From a virus, in IMG/VR virus record IMGVR_UViG_3300034060_000856, positions 1 through 64,000 of that record: DNA of 64,000 bases, one strand, 5' to 3'. The notes beneath the pieces are model-generated. The model saw only the letters and a program-made list of their open reading frames with translations. It was not told where the DNA came from and did not search any database. Numbering within the stretch: the first letter of the stretch is position 1; each line of letters starts with the position of its first letter. Positions 9,702 through 19,690 of this stretch are shown here, one piece after another. A program made the position numbers and the translations under genes.

Positions 9702-10223
9702 ATGGAAAAGAATTTAACAGAAAAACTTTATGAAGAGCTCAGAAAAAGGAGAATCTTTGAAGAAGACGAAGATGAGAAAGACGAAGATGATGAAAATGTT
9801 GATATTGAAGATGAACAAGACGACAACGATGAGGAAGACAATGTAGAAGACGAGTCAAACGACGGTTTTTGTGAAATGGTTTGTAATATCCTACATTCAA
9901 GAAATCAAGCACATGTCTTTCATTTACAAACAAAATCTTACGCTGAACACATCGCATTAAATACTTACTATGACGGTGTTGTTGATTTGTTTGACGGTAT
10001 TGTTGAATCATATCAAGGAAAGTACGGAATTATTAGTAATTTCAAGACATTCAAAATTGAACAATACAGAAATGGTAAAAAAACCATTTCGTATTTTGAA
10101 AGATTACTTGACATAATTGAAGAAAATAGAGATTCAGTTGACGACAGTTATCTCCAAAACCAAATAGACACTGTACAGGAATTAATCAATTCAACAATCT
10201 ATAAATTAAGATTTCTTAAATGA
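9702..10223 (+). CDS. ferritin/Dps-like phage protein (DUF5856-like) with acidic N-terminal tract
   Basis: AHVFHLQT.SYAEH.AL..YYD...D..VESYQGKYG...YKL.FL. Confidence 0.8.
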   Translation: MEKNLTEKLYEELRKRRIFEEDEDEKDEDDENVDIEDEQDDNDEEDNVEDESNDGFCEMVCNILHSRNQAHVFHLQTKSYAEHIALNTYYDGVVDLFDGIVESYQGKYGIISNFKTFKIEQYRNGKKTISYFERLLDIIEENRDSVDDSYLQNQIDTVQELINSTIYKLRFLK

Positions 10224-10579
10224 AAATAATAATCACAGAAAATGAAAGAAAGCCAATCTCCTCACAACACGAGGAGTTTGAGTCTTATATATTAAATTTT
10301 CTGATGAGAAGGATTAATGTTGAGAAAAGAAAACTTGGTGGTGATTTTGGTGATTTTGAACCACTTACAACTATAGAATATAATTTTAATGGTTTTCCTG
10401 GTCACGGATTTAATTCTTTTCAAAACAGATCATATTGGGAAAGAAGAGTTATTGAATTACTTGAAGAAGCTGAAATTATACCACAAGATTGGGCTGGTGA
10501 TTTAAAAGTTGAAAATTCAGAAAGACAAAAAATTATTAGAACAATTAGAAAATTTATTAAAAATATTTTGATTAACTAA
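10220..10579 (+). CDS. leader-bearing protein (MKIIITE)
   Basis: shared N-terminal leader. Confidence 0.75.
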   Translation: MKIIITENERKPISSQHEEFESYILNFLMRRINVEKRKLGGDFGDFEPLTTIEYNFNGFPGHGFNSFQNRSYWERRVIELLEEAEIIPQDWAGDLKVENSERQKIIRTIRKFIKNILIN

Positions 10580-10597
10580 AAAAAAGTATTACATTTG
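10567..10597 (+). promoter_or_regulatory. Bacteroidota promoter
   Basis: TTTG-N19-TACATTTG. Confidence 0.8.
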
Positions 10598-10629
10598 TTT
10601 ATTGTTTAACTTAAAATATAAAATAAAAA

Positions 10630-10878
10630 ATGGGATTAAAATCAGGAAGTAAAGGTCGTTACATCACAAAAGTTGGTTACTTGGATGTTTACGCAAAAGA
10701 CAGTCACAAACCAAAAAAAGAATCAAAATACAATTTTGTAAAGGCGGAAGTAAAATCAACAGTTTATAACATTCTTCACGCAAAGAAATTAGTTAAAGGT
10801 AACTTTAATACTAAAGAGGAGGCGGTACAACACGCAATTGAAGCTTTGGGTGATAAAAGAGTTCATTATTCTTTATAA
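10630..10878 (+). CDS. small basic protein
   Basis: has its own promoter and terminator. Confidence 0.75.
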   Translation: MGLKSGSKGRYITKVGYLDVYAKDSHKPKKESKYNFVKAEVKSTVYNILHAKKLVKGNFNTKEEAVQHAIEALGDKRVHYSL

Positions 10879-10883
10879 AAAAC

Positions 10884-10910
10884 AAACCGGATCACAAGTC
10901 CGGTTTTTTT
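10884..10910. terminator. bidirectional terminator
   Basis: aaaccgga/tccggttt stem between convergent genes. Confidence 0.8.
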
Positions 10911-10914
10911 ATGT

Positions 10915-11490
10915 CTAATCATCCCAATGTATTTCGGTATCTTCAAATTCTAAACCAAAATTTTTCGCTTGAATTAAAACGTAATCCTCAATTTCCCACT
11001 TCATAGTATCAGTTACGTCATCCCAAATTTCATCATATTCATCATCATATAATTCTTCCATAGATAAAACACCCTGATCAGTCATAAATTGACCATCAAG
11101 AAGAGCAAAACCAAATTCAAGTATTTCGTTTGAACCAACAATCCTTTTTCCACGGTAATCGGGATTATAAATCCTAGTAATTTTAACTCTATATTTATCA
11201 TCCGGGTGGACACGAATACCAATACTTTTTATATCTTCTTCGGTTATAATTTTACCATCAATAACGTTTTTAAATAATTTAAACGCCTCTTCTTCACCAC
11301 CAACAAAATCAAAATATACTTGTATTATCTCATCAAAATAATCAGATAATTTTTTTCTTTCCATATCTTTAATATCTAATTTTGGTGTTAAACCAGAATC
11401 AACTTGTCTCTGTAAATTTTTGACAATGTAATTTTTAAGAACTTGAATATTCTGATCTTCTTTTAATATTTTTCTTATTAAACTTTTCAT
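10915..11490 (-). CDS. leader-bearing acidic protein (MKSLIRKILKED)
   Basis: reads on the MINUS strand (cat at 11488-90, cta at 10915); track strand label is wrong; paralogous to the next gene. Confidence 0.85.
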   Translation of the reverse strand: MKSLIRKILKEDQNIQVLKNYIVKNLQRQVDSGLTPKLDIKDMERKKLSDYFDEIIQVYFDFVGGEEEAFKLFKNVIDGKIITEEDIKSIGIRVHPDDKYRVKITRIYNPDYRGKRIVGSNEILEFGFALLDGQFMTDQGVLSMEELYDDEYDEIWDDVTDTMKWEIEDYVLIQAKNFGLEFEDTEIHWDD

Positions 11491-12068
11491 TCCCAATCTA
11501 CAGTAATATAATCAAAATGGTTTTTTATGTCAAAACCAAACGATTCAAGAATGGTACCAACAAAATTCATAACAAAATTTTTAATCTCATCTTTAAAATC
11601 CCAATATGAAACAAAATCATCAAAAGGATTTTCGTTTGATGAAAAATTATAAGTTTCCTCTTCATCACTATTATAAAAAGAACCACTCAACACTTCAAAT
11701 TCAATGTCCAGATCTATAGTATTTATAGACACATTATCATTCTCTGTAAACTCAACTTTGGTAAATTTTATTTTTATTTTTCCTTCGTCTAGATATTTCA
11801 TATCTGTAATTTCATTTTCCGTGAAAGTGTGATTTAAGAGGTATTGTTTTACGGCCTCACTTCTACTATTAATATTACCATAACCCATAAATTCAACAAA
11901 ATATTGGATTATTTCATCTTTTTTACTAGAAAGACCCAATTTATTAATGTCAAAAATTGTAGGAAGTTCTCCTTTATTTACTTGGCCTTGCCATCTTTTA
12001 AAGAAAAAGTTTTTAAGAGGATTATTTGAGTTCTCCTCAAGTAGAATATTTTTTATACGTTCTCTCAT
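11487..12068 (-). CDS. leader-bearing acidic protein (MRERIKNILLEE)
   Basis: leader; TATTTAT upstream on the minus strand. Confidence 0.85.
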   Translation of the reverse strand: MRERIKNILLEENSNNPLKNFFFKRWQGQVNKGELPTIFDINKLGLSSKKDEIIQYFVEFMGYGNINSRSEAVKQYLLNHTFTENEITDMKYLDEGKIKIKFTKVEFTENDNVSINTIDLDIEFEVLSGSFYNSDEEETYNFSSNENPFDDFVSYWDFKDEIKNFVMNFVGTILESFGFDIKNHFDYITVDWE

Positions 12069-12182
12069 ATTAAAATAAATACTTCAAAAAGGACATTTAA
12101 TAAACTATAATTCTTAAAATATATTATGGTATATCTGGCAAGATAGTAATATTATGCGATATTTACAGTAAATGGGTGCGAT

Positions 12183-12905
12183 ATGGAGGACAAATTAAAA
12201 ATATTATTTGCTTATTTTAGAGCATTCAAAACCGAAAGCTTGGAGACTTATATGAATCTAATATATGATTCTATTGAAGATTGGGATAAAGAATTTACAA
12301 CATCTAATGGAAAGAACGTTAAGATTTTATCATCTATAACAAAAATTTTAGAAGAAATTGTTTATGATAATATGACCAGTTTTCATAGATATAACGACTA
12401 TGACGAATCAGATTATTGGACATTATATGTTAATATTTATCCACAGGAAAATAGAATAAATTTTAAAAGCGAGTGTGAAATTGTGACAGAAACAGAAAAA
12501 TCTTATGAATATGATTTAACATCATCTAGAGAAATGTCAAGAACTGGTGACAACCCAACATTACCACGACAAACACTAGGTGAAATTGATAAAACTTTTA
12601 AAAGTGAAGTTGATGAAGAAGACAAAATTGTGTCATATAGTTTTGATGGTTACGACTCTGAAATTTATGTTGATGAAATTTATGTTGATGAAATTAAATA
12701 TGATGCAAGAGAACAACCTTGGGCTGATCTATTAGATAAAATTATGAGAGAAATCTTTAATAGATGGTGGACAGAGGGTTTAGGAATGTATGGTACAATT
12801 ATAATTAATCGTGCGAAAAACACATTAAACATAGATCTAAACGAAAGAGATAAAGACCCTAAAATGACAAAAATGGATTTAAACCTAACACCAGATTCTT
12901 ATTAA
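12183..12905 (+). CDS. acidic paralogue A (KLK.LF.YF family)
   Basis: shares N-terminus, YW.L.(V/I).I.P and C-terminal (L/V)TP with the next two genes. Confidence 0.8.
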   Translation: MEDKLKILFAYFRAFKTESLETYMNLIYDSIEDWDKEFTTSNGKNVKILSSITKILEEIVYDNMTSFHRYNDYDESDYWTLYVNIYPQENRINFKSECEIVTETEKSYEYDLTSSREMSRTGDNPTLPRQTLGEIDKTFKSEVDEEDKIVSYSFDGYDSEIYVDEIYVDEIKYDAREQPWADLLDKIMREIFNRWWTEGLGMYGTIIINRAKNTLNIDLNERDKDPKMTKMDLNLTPDSY

Positions 12906-12907
12906 CA

Positions 12908-13615
12908 ATGAAACAAAAATTAAAATTATTATTTGGTTATTTTAGAAGTTTTAAAACCAATTCACTTCAAACAGTAATCACTTTAGATAGAAGCCATATA
13001 GAAGAATGGGATGGTTTATTTAAGACGACTGAAGGTAAACAAATAGAACCCGTTGGGTCAATAGAAAAAATAATTGAAGAGTTGATTGAAATTTATTATT
13101 ATAATAAATTTCTTAAATATTTAAATTTTGATTATGATGAGTATTGGAATTTGTCTATTGATATTAACCCAAATGAACAAAAACTACTTTTTACTGCAAC
13201 TTGTAAAGAAGAAACAGAAACTCCATTTGAAGAAGATTATGAATATAGATTATTACCTCTTGAAAGACAAAACAATATTGATTATTTATATTCTGAATTT
13301 GCTGATGGTGCAAAAATAGACTTTAAAGGATGGGGAAGATGGGGTGACGGAAACATTACTGAATTAGATGTTGAAGGAAGAACATTAGAAGTTACTGGGG
13401 ATGTAGAAATTGCACTTTGGGATATTGCAAACTACTTTATGAGTGAAATGAGTGGAAAGTATTGGAATGATGGGCCTGGAGGAGATTTTGATATTACAAT
13501 TTGGGGTGATGACATTTTTGTGAAAGGTATTAATTATGAACAAGAATATGAAGATACTGGAATGAACATTGAAGTAACACCGGATAATGTATTAGAAAAC
13601 GAAGATGATGAATAA
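12908..13615 (+). CDS. acidic paralogue B
   Basis: same motifs. Confidence 0.8.
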   Translation: MKQKLKLLFGYFRSFKTNSLQTVITLDRSHIEEWDGLFKTTEGKQIEPVGSIEKIIEELIEIYYYNKFLKYLNFDYDEYWNLSIDINPNEQKLLFTATCKEETETPFEEDYEYRLLPLERQNNIDYLYSEFADGAKIDFKGWGRWGDGNITELDVEGRTLEVTGDVEIALWDIANYFMSEMSGKYWNDGPGGDFDITIWGDDIFVKGINYEQEYEDTGMNIEVTPDNVLENEDDE

Positions 13616-14279
13616 CAAAAATAAATTCAAAGCCTTAATGGCCTATCTAAATCCCATTGGACCAATAGGAACCAATATTGATATGTTGTCAGATGATATT
13701 GAGTATTTTCCAAATATTTGGGGTTCACAAGACACACATAAATTTAAAATTATTGACCTATTTACAGATTTTATTCGTAAAGTTGTTGAAGAGAATGGTC
13801 AAAGACTTTATTATAGAACAGACAGACATGAATCAACGTACTGGGTCGATATCACAATAGACCCAAAAAATAGGTCAATTAAATTAATACCAAAATATTA
13901 TGTTTATAGCGAATCAAAAACTAATAAAAGATTTGATTGGAGAGAAACAAGAAATTATTATATAATATCAAAGTGGATGGAAGATAGAAACACAGAAGAA
14001 GTTACAATTGATTATACAGGACATGAGAGTAATTTTGATTTAACAATCACATATAATAATAAAGAAATGGATGGTTCAGAAAACAGATATTTTTCTTATG
14101 ACACAAGAATGATGATTAGTGAAATATTAGAAACTGATAGTTGGAATGAAGATGCTGGTGGTTACGGAGTTTTAAAGTTATATGATGAAGATAATAAAGG
14201 TTATTTATCACATACTTGGGTGGAAAAAGATGTTGCAAAAGGTGAACCAATAATATTAACAGAAAAAGATTTTGATTAG
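13605..14279 (+). CDS. acidic paralogue C
   Basis: same motifs, more diverged. Confidence 0.75.
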   Translation: MMNNKNKFKALMAYLNPIGPIGTNIDMLSDDIEYFPNIWGSQDTHKFKIIDLFTDFIRKVVEENGQRLYYRTDRHESTYWVDITIDPKNRSIKLIPKYYVYSESKTNKRFDWRETRNYYIISKWMEDRNTEEVTIDYTGHESNFDLTITYNNKEMDGSENRYFSYDTRMMISEILETDSWNEDAGGYGVLKLYDEDNKGYLSHTWVEKDVAKGEPIILTEKDFD

Positions 14280-14301
14280 TAGATTAAATTTTGTAAATTT
14301 G
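14271..14301 (+). promoter_or_regulatory. Bacteroidota promoter
   Basis: TTTG-N19-TAAATTTG. Confidence 0.75.
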
Positions 14302-14317
14302 GGAAAAAATTTAATTT

Positions 14318-15172
14318 ATGGTTAAAAAATTCATCATTGATGAGGTAAAAACAAATTCAGAGTTATTAGGAATAACAGATTATCAAACATCAAACCAAGA
14401 AGATCTCAAATTAAAAAACTATATTACAATATCAAAGGAAGACAAACTCCCAAAAAATTTAGAAATAAATTATATTAGTAATAATTGGAAAGTTGCACAA
14501 TTTTTAAATAAGATTCTGTACGAAATCTATAAAGACAATTTAGGATACAATCAAGATAAATCAAAGTATGGAATTGTTGATATATACACATTAGGAAATA
14601 AAATAAATTGGTCAATTTTAAATTATTTTGGTGGACACAAATACATTAAACAATATCTCCTTGATTTATTTAATACAAAGAACACCCAAGAAGATAAGAC
14701 ACCAGAGAATTTTTATTTATGGGTATTAATTAATATGACAACACTTTTTAAAAAAGGAAACATATTAGAAGAGTTCATAAAAACAAATATGTATACTTAT
14801 AATAAAGGAAGAAGTACTGAAAATTTTGTTTCAGAGATACTTGAAAAAAAAGGTTATAACATTATTTATTATCCACCAGGATCAAAATTTGATAGAGATT
14901 TTGGTATTGATATGGAAATAAACGGAACGACATATCAGGTAAAACAATTATTTGAAATAAGTGATGACGACATAAATTACTATTTATTAACACCATTACC
15001 AAAAAATTATCTTGGCTTACCGGTACAAAGGATTATGTTAGTTAATACAAATAATTCAAGTTTTGTGTCATTCTCAAATGAGAATTATGAAATTGATGAA
15101 GATGGTTGTAGGTATATTATTAAAAAAGAGATTAACAAACAAATAAAAAAAGGAAATTTAAACGACTTGTGA
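14318..15172 (+). CDS. PD-(D/E)xK nuclease-like protein
   Basis: G...E helix, D...GID.....YQVK. Confidence 0.6.
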   Translation: MVKKFIIDEVKTNSELLGITDYQTSNQEDLKLKNYITISKEDKLPKNLEINYISNNWKVAQFLNKILYEIYKDNLGYNQDKSKYGIVDIYTLGNKINWSILNYFGGHKYIKQYLLDLFNTKNTQEDKTPENFYLWVLINMTTLFKKGNILEEFIKTNMYTYNKGRSTENFVSEILEKKGYNIIYYPPGSKFDRDFGIDMEINGTTYQVKQLFEISDDDINYYLLTPLPKNYLGLPVQRIMLVNTNNSSFVSFSNENYEIDEDGCRYIIKKEINKQIKKGNLNDL

Positions 15173-15363
15173 AGATTATAATAACAGAAAAACAAGCTGA
15201 AAAATTATTTGGTGAAACTATAAAATGCCAATGTGGTCACTCTTGGAAAAAAGAAACAAATGACCAGGATCCCTATTTGTGTCATATGTGTGGTTGGGAT
15301 CAGAAACAAAAAAAATATAATGACGATAAATTAATTAAATTTTGGAGGACGTATAAAAAATGA
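15169..15363 (+). CDS. leader + Zn-ribbon protein
   Basis: GTG start, KIIITEKQ; CQCGHSW...YLCHMCG. Confidence 0.75.
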   Translation: MKIIITEKQAEKLFGETIKCQCGHSWKKETNDQDPYLCHMCGWDQKQKKYNDDKLIKFWRTYKK

Positions 15364-15959
15364 GATTAAATGAATTGGCAAGTAAGTATAATACGGATAA
15401 AAAAATACCAAATGGGATAAAGTGTAAAAACGGTTTATTAGGTCACGGTTATACAACACAGTACGAAAGCATAATCTCAAAAAGAGAAATAAATTGTTTA
15501 CTTGAAATAGGTGTTTCATTTGGTGACTCAATAAGAATGTGGGATGAGTATTTTGGTGGTAACTGTGATATAACTGGTGTTGATATTGAAGAAAAAAGAT
15601 TTAAAAAAATAAATCTAGAAACTAAAAATATTAGAATTAAAATTGGAGACCAGAGTGATGTCAAATTTCTTAAAACTTTAGCTGACAAAAGTTATGATTT
15701 AATCATTGATGATGGAAGTCACATAGACGAGCATCAACTAATTTCTTTCAAACACCTATTTAATTGTTTAAAACCAAAAGGGATTTATATAATTGAAGAT
15801 TTGCATGTACAAAAAGGTATAAAAACAAAAGAACTATTCAAACACTTTGAATTTGAAGGCAAACTAAATAACCCTTATTTTTTAGATTTTAATACTGAAG
15901 AAATTGAAAAGGTTGATTTTTTAGAAAAAGATAAACTATGCGTAATATATAAAAAATAA
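15360..15959 (+). CDS. class I SAM-dependent (sugar O-)methyltransferase
   Basis: LEIGV, GDQSD, IIDDGSH, YIIEDL. Confidence 0.88.
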   Translation: MRLNELASKYNTDKKIPNGIKCKNGLLGHGYTTQYESIISKREINCLLEIGVSFGDSIRMWDEYFGGNCDITGVDIEEKRFKKINLETKNIRIKIGDQSDVKFLKTLADKSYDLIIDDGSHIDEHQLISFKHLFNCLKPKGIYIIEDLHVQKGIKTKELFKHFEFEGKLNNPYFLDFNTEEIEKVDFLEKDKLCVIYKK

Positions 15960-15962
15960 ATT

Positions 15963-16598
15963 ATGAGTAACCATACAATTTTAACAAGATGCCGATTTGA
16001 AGACGAGCAAGTATTTGAAAAATATTTTGAAGTTATGAAAAAGATTTTCATACCAAGTATTAATAACCAAAAAAATAAAGATTTCACTCTTTTATTATCT
16101 AGTTTTCCAGAACACTTTGAAAAAATTAAAAATGAAATTAACAGTGATGTAAATGTTGTACAATTATTAAATCATAGTGAGGATTATAGAAATTATTTAA
16201 AAAAAAATAATATTACAATTCAAACAAGACACGATTGTGACGATTATATGAATCCAGATTATGTTGAAACAATAAAAAAATTATACGAAAGTAATAAAAT
16301 TAAACACGATGATTTTGTTTTAAATTTTCACCCAACTAAAATTATTTATGAAACAGGAGAGGAGTACACACATTCAAAGAATTATAGTATAACGTGCTCA
16401 ATGTTCTCAACACTAATTCAAAAAAATAATAGGACAAGTATTATGGCTGTCCAACACACCAAATTAAATGAAATAACAAAAAACATTATTTATATCCCAC
16501 CAGCTGGGTTAGTTAAACTCACAATACATAATAATAATAAACTATCTGTATTATTACCATTAGATGAACCATTAAATAAAAACTTCTACCAAAATTAA
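15963..16598 (+). CDS. GT-A glycosyltransferase-like (putative rhamnosyltransferase family)
   Basis: PSI.NQ..KDF, QTRHDCDD. Confidence 0.7.
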   Translation: MSNHTILTRCRFEDEQVFEKYFEVMKKIFIPSINNQKNKDFTLLLSSFPEHFEKIKNEINSDVNVVQLLNHSEDYRNYLKKNNITIQTRHDCDDYMNPDYVETIKKLYESNKIKHDDFVLNFHPTKIIYETGEEYTHSKNYSITCSMFSTLIQKNNRTSIMAVQHTKLNEITKNIIYIPPAGLVKLTIHNNNKLSVLLPLDEPLNKNFYQN

Positions 16599-16634
16599 TT
16601 TTGATTAGAAGATATTTATATATAAAGTATTCAT

Positions 16635-17306
16635 ATGAAAATTAAAGTAACAGAAAGTCAATTAAAAAAAATTGCAGAAAATGTAAAAACTGATAATTTA
16701 AATGAAGGATTAACCGATTTTTTAAAAGGTGCATATTCCTCAATTAAAACTCTTGTTACTAAATTTAAAGATGGAGATTTATCAAAAGTTGATTTTGAAA
16801 AAGAATTAGAAAAATTAAGAGGTAAAGAAGAAGATAGTGGTGAAAGTGGTGAGATACCAAAAGGTAAAGGTTATGGATTTAATAAAAGCAACGGTTTTAA
16901 ATCAAAAGAAAGACCAAGTCACGGAGGTGTAGATTTTCAAGGTAGGGAAGGGGATAAAATTGTGATTAAAAAAACAGGAGAAGTTGTAGGTGTAAGTACC
17001 GGATGTAGTACTGGAAATCAAAAATGTGGTGGTGGATGTGGAAATTACGTTAAAATTAAACACGAAGACGGTAATACAACAATGTATTGTCATATGACAG
17101 ATGTTTATTCAAATATAAAAACAGGAACGAAAATAAAACCAGGTAAAGTTATTGGTACTATTGGTAATACTGGTCATTCTTTTGGTGATCATTTACACTT
17201 CCAGTTTTGGAATGGTGGTAACTTATCTGATGGGTCATCACAAGCTGAAAAATATTTTGTTATTTTAGACAAGTCTTCAAAGTATGGAGAAAAAGATAAA
17301 GGATAA
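16635..17306 (+). CDS. leader + M23 peptidase
   Basis: MKIKVTESQL; HGGVD, YCHM, GNTG.S.G.HLHF. Confidence 0.9.
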   Translation: MKIKVTESQLKKIAENVKTDNLNEGLTDFLKGAYSSIKTLVTKFKDGDLSKVDFEKELEKLRGKEEDSGESGEIPKGKGYGFNKSNGFKSKERPSHGGVDFQGREGDKIVIKKTGEVVGVSTGCSTGNQKCGGGCGNYVKIKHEDGNTTMYCHMTDVYSNIKTGTKIKPGKVIGTIGNTGHSFGDHLHFQFWNGGNLSDGSSQAEKYFVILDKSSKYGEKDKG

Positions 17307-17315
17307 TTTTAGAAT

Positions 17316-18083
17316 ATGAAAATAATTGTCAAAGAATCACAAATTAAAAAAATCATTAAAGAAGAAAAAAAACAACAACTAAATGAAAGTTTGAGTTTGT
17401 TGGGATGGATCTTTACTCTTAGCCTAGGTACTTGGGCAATCAGTTTAGTTTGGAATTTATTTAAAAAATATAAAAAAGGTGAAATATCAAAAAAAGTTTT
17501 TAAACGAGGTGTTTCTAAAATAAAACAAAAAGATAGTGCAGGTTATTACAATAATGAAGAAAAACGTTATTATGGTAATACTGATGAATATAGGTCTGGT
17601 GGAGTAAAAACAACAAACATTGTAATCGGTGACCCACAAGCATCAGTTATTGCTGGTAAATCAAGAAAGGCAAACCTTATTGGTCGTAAGGCCGGTGAAT
17701 CAAACTTATGGTACCCAGGTGCTGACGTTTCTTGGTTAAAAAATGCACTTAGAAAGTTTCCCATTTCACCGGAAGTAAATAATGTTATTATATGTATTGG
17801 GACAAATGGTGGGTTCAACCCAAACGATGATGTAAACGGATTATTTGGGGAATTAAAGGGTAAATTTCCCAATGCTAATTTCCACACAGTTCAAGGATCC
17901 TGGGGTAAAGGTTCAAATGTTGAGGTGGAATTATATAATGTTGAAAGATATTATAATAATTTTAAAAACTACTCCAATATTATTGGCAGTGTTGGTGATA
18001 TAGGTAATTTAAAATTACATCCACACAACCCAAAAATTCGGTCTTATGATGAGATCGCAAACGAAATAGATAGATCACTTTAA
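17316..18083 (+). CDS. leader + TM + SGNH-like domain
   Basis: IGDP (for GDS), IGTNG, LHP. Confidence 0.6.
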   Translation: MKIIVKESQIKKIIKEEKKQQLNESLSLLGWIFTLSLGTWAISLVWNLFKKYKKGEISKKVFKRGVSKIKQKDSAGYYNNEEKRYYGNTDEYRSGGVKTTNIVIGDPQASVIAGKSRKANLIGRKAGESNLWYPGADVSWLKNALRKFPISPEVNNVIICIGTNGGFNPNDDVNGLFGELKGKFPNANFHTVQGSWGKGSNVEVELYNVERYYNNFKNYSNIIGSVGDIGNLKLHPHNPKIRSYDEIANEIDRSL

Positions 18084-18094
18084 ATTATATACAA

Positions 18095-18244
18095 ATGAAA
18101 AAGATTTTAATTTTATTGTTATTAACAATAGTATGTTCTTGTAAAACAACAAAAAAAGCCAGTTGTGACGCTTACGGAAAAGTTAATCCCGACAAGAATA
18201 CATTGAGTGGTGATACTCCAAGCGAACATCTGAAAACTCGTTAA
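18095..18244 (+). CDS. small lipoprotein
   Basis: MKKILILLLLTIVCS-C lipobox, SCDAYG. Confidence 0.65.
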   Translation: MKKILILLLLTIVCSCKTTKKASCDAYGKVNPDKNTLSGDTPSEHLKTR

Positions 18245-18542
18245 ATATTGGTTTAAATGTTGAGAAAAGCATATTACCAAGTACATGTGCTGTTGGGAAG
18301 TTACTGTAATCTCTACAATGACACTCAATAATCAATATAGTTTCCATTTGAATTAGGTTTTCCCAGTCCACACTACCAGTAGTTCTTTTTGTTATAGCTT
18401 GTTTCTTTACACCATTAATGTTAATGACATTACCATTACTATGTATATATAAAAACTTTTTAATATAATTATGGTGTTTTATATTAAAAAAACTTGAGTG
18501 ATTATTGGGATTGTAATGGGGGATTTGTACAGTATTACGCAT
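18183..18542 (-). CDS. hypothetical protein
   Basis: ATG ORF with TAATTTG upstream. Confidence 0.55.
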   Translation of the reverse strand: MRNTVQIPHYNPNNHSSFFNIKHHNYIKKFLYIHSNGNVININGVKKQAITKRTTGSVDWENLIQMETILIIECHCRDYSNFPTAHVLGNMLFSTFKPIFNEFSDVRLEYHHSMYSCRD

Positions 18543-18585
18543 AACAAATTATACAAATATTTATTTTAATAAACAATATTATAAT

Positions 18586-18972
18586 ATGAAATATCTCATA
18601 ACTGAAAATAAAATAAATTCTTTTACACAAAGAATAATAAATGATACATTAACTGAATTTAGAAATGTTTGTGAAGTTCCAGATGCCGATACTTGGCCAG
18701 ATTGGTTAAGTTTTGATGATTGTAATAGTTTAGAATCAATTGAAAAAATTGAAGTCGTAAATACACAAATTTTAAAATTGACAAAAGGATTAGGAAAACA
18801 ATACCCAACATTTGGGGTTGACATAAACATACATTTTTCAAGTATCTTTGCAAGTCAAGATTTTAGTGACTTTCTTATTGCATTAGCTTATAGGATAAGA
18901 CAAAAATATAAAGTCACCCTAATGTTCAATGAAAATGAATCAATTAACACCAACACTAATAAAGAGTGGTAA
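18586..18972 (+). CDS. leader-bearing protein
   Basis: MKYLITE; TATTTAT upstream. Confidence 0.8.
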   Translation: MKYLITENKINSFTQRIINDTLTEFRNVCEVPDADTWPDWLSFDDCNSLESIEKIEVVNTQILKLTKGLGKQYPTFGVDINIHFSSIFASQDFSDFLIALAYRIRQKYKVTLMFNENESINTNTNKEW

Positions 18973-19221
18973 TTACTTTAGACCTTTAAGAACCACCTCT
19001 AAAGTATATATTGATATTTGATCTTGTTTGGTTTTCACCTCTTTTGATTTGAGATAACTTAAAGCTTGAAGAGCCTCTTCTTTCTTTTCAAGATTTGACG
19101 TACTTAACTTTTCTTTTTGACAAGTGCCAATATCATTAACCTGTTTTTCTAATTCAAGAACTCTTTTAGCTAAAAAATGTATACGTAATTTTAATTTATG
19201 AATTTCGTTTGATTCTCCCAT
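18973..19221 (-). CDS. coiled-coil hypothetical protein
   Basis: ATG ORF, convergent with its neighbour. Confidence 0.65.
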   Translation of the reverse strand: MGESNEIHKLKLRIHFLAKRVLELEKQVNDIGTCQKEKLSTSNLEKKEEALQALSYLKSKEVKTKQDQISIYTLEVVLKGLK

Positions 19222-19290
19222 AACAATTATTTTGTTCTGTAAAGGTATAAAAAAAAATTGAATTATATTTATATTTATAGAATTTTTTTT

Positions 19291-19689
19291 ATGAAAGATA
19301 TAATTAGAAAAATATTAAGAGAAGAGGCTGAAAATGAGGAACGGCACAAATCAAACTTAAAAGTAAAACGTGCAATTGAGAGAGTGTTAGATTTGGTTAT
19401 TACTAATTATGATTACAACAAAGATGAAACAGAACTATTTTTTTTCGATAAAAATAAAAAATGTTTATTAACCTACAAAATTAAAGAAAAAAAAATATGG
19501 TATGATCACTACTTACTTAATGAAATAATATCACAAATGGTAAGAGTTCGGTTTTATATTAAGGACTTATTTAAAGAAGCACTTAAAATTTGGTTTGAGA
19601 AAAATTTTAAATCAAAAGGATTTGAAGTTGGTGATAAATATTGGTCTAATGGACCAAACATAGAAGGGGCAAATATTGCCTTATATTAA
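19291..19689 (+). CDS. leader-bearing protein (MKDIIRKILREE)
   Basis: leader plus TATTTAT. Confidence 0.8.
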   Translation: MKDIIRKILREEAENEERHKSNLKVKRAIERVLDLVITNYDYNKDETELFFFDKNKKCLLTYKIKEKKIWYDHYLLNEIISQMVRVRFYIKDLFKEALKIWFEKNFKSKGFEVGDKYWSNGPNIEGANIALY

Positions 19690-19690
19690 T

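Noticed and set aside
10915-11496. ORF track lists this gene on the + strand
   Set aside because: The given protein is encoded by the reverse complement (ATG = cat at 11488-11490, stop = cta at 10915); annotated here on the minus strand.
12659-12695. 15-bp tandem duplication (EIYVD x2), and GAT/GAA acidic tracts near 9760 and 19900
   Set aside because: Ordinary in-frame slippage or low complexity.
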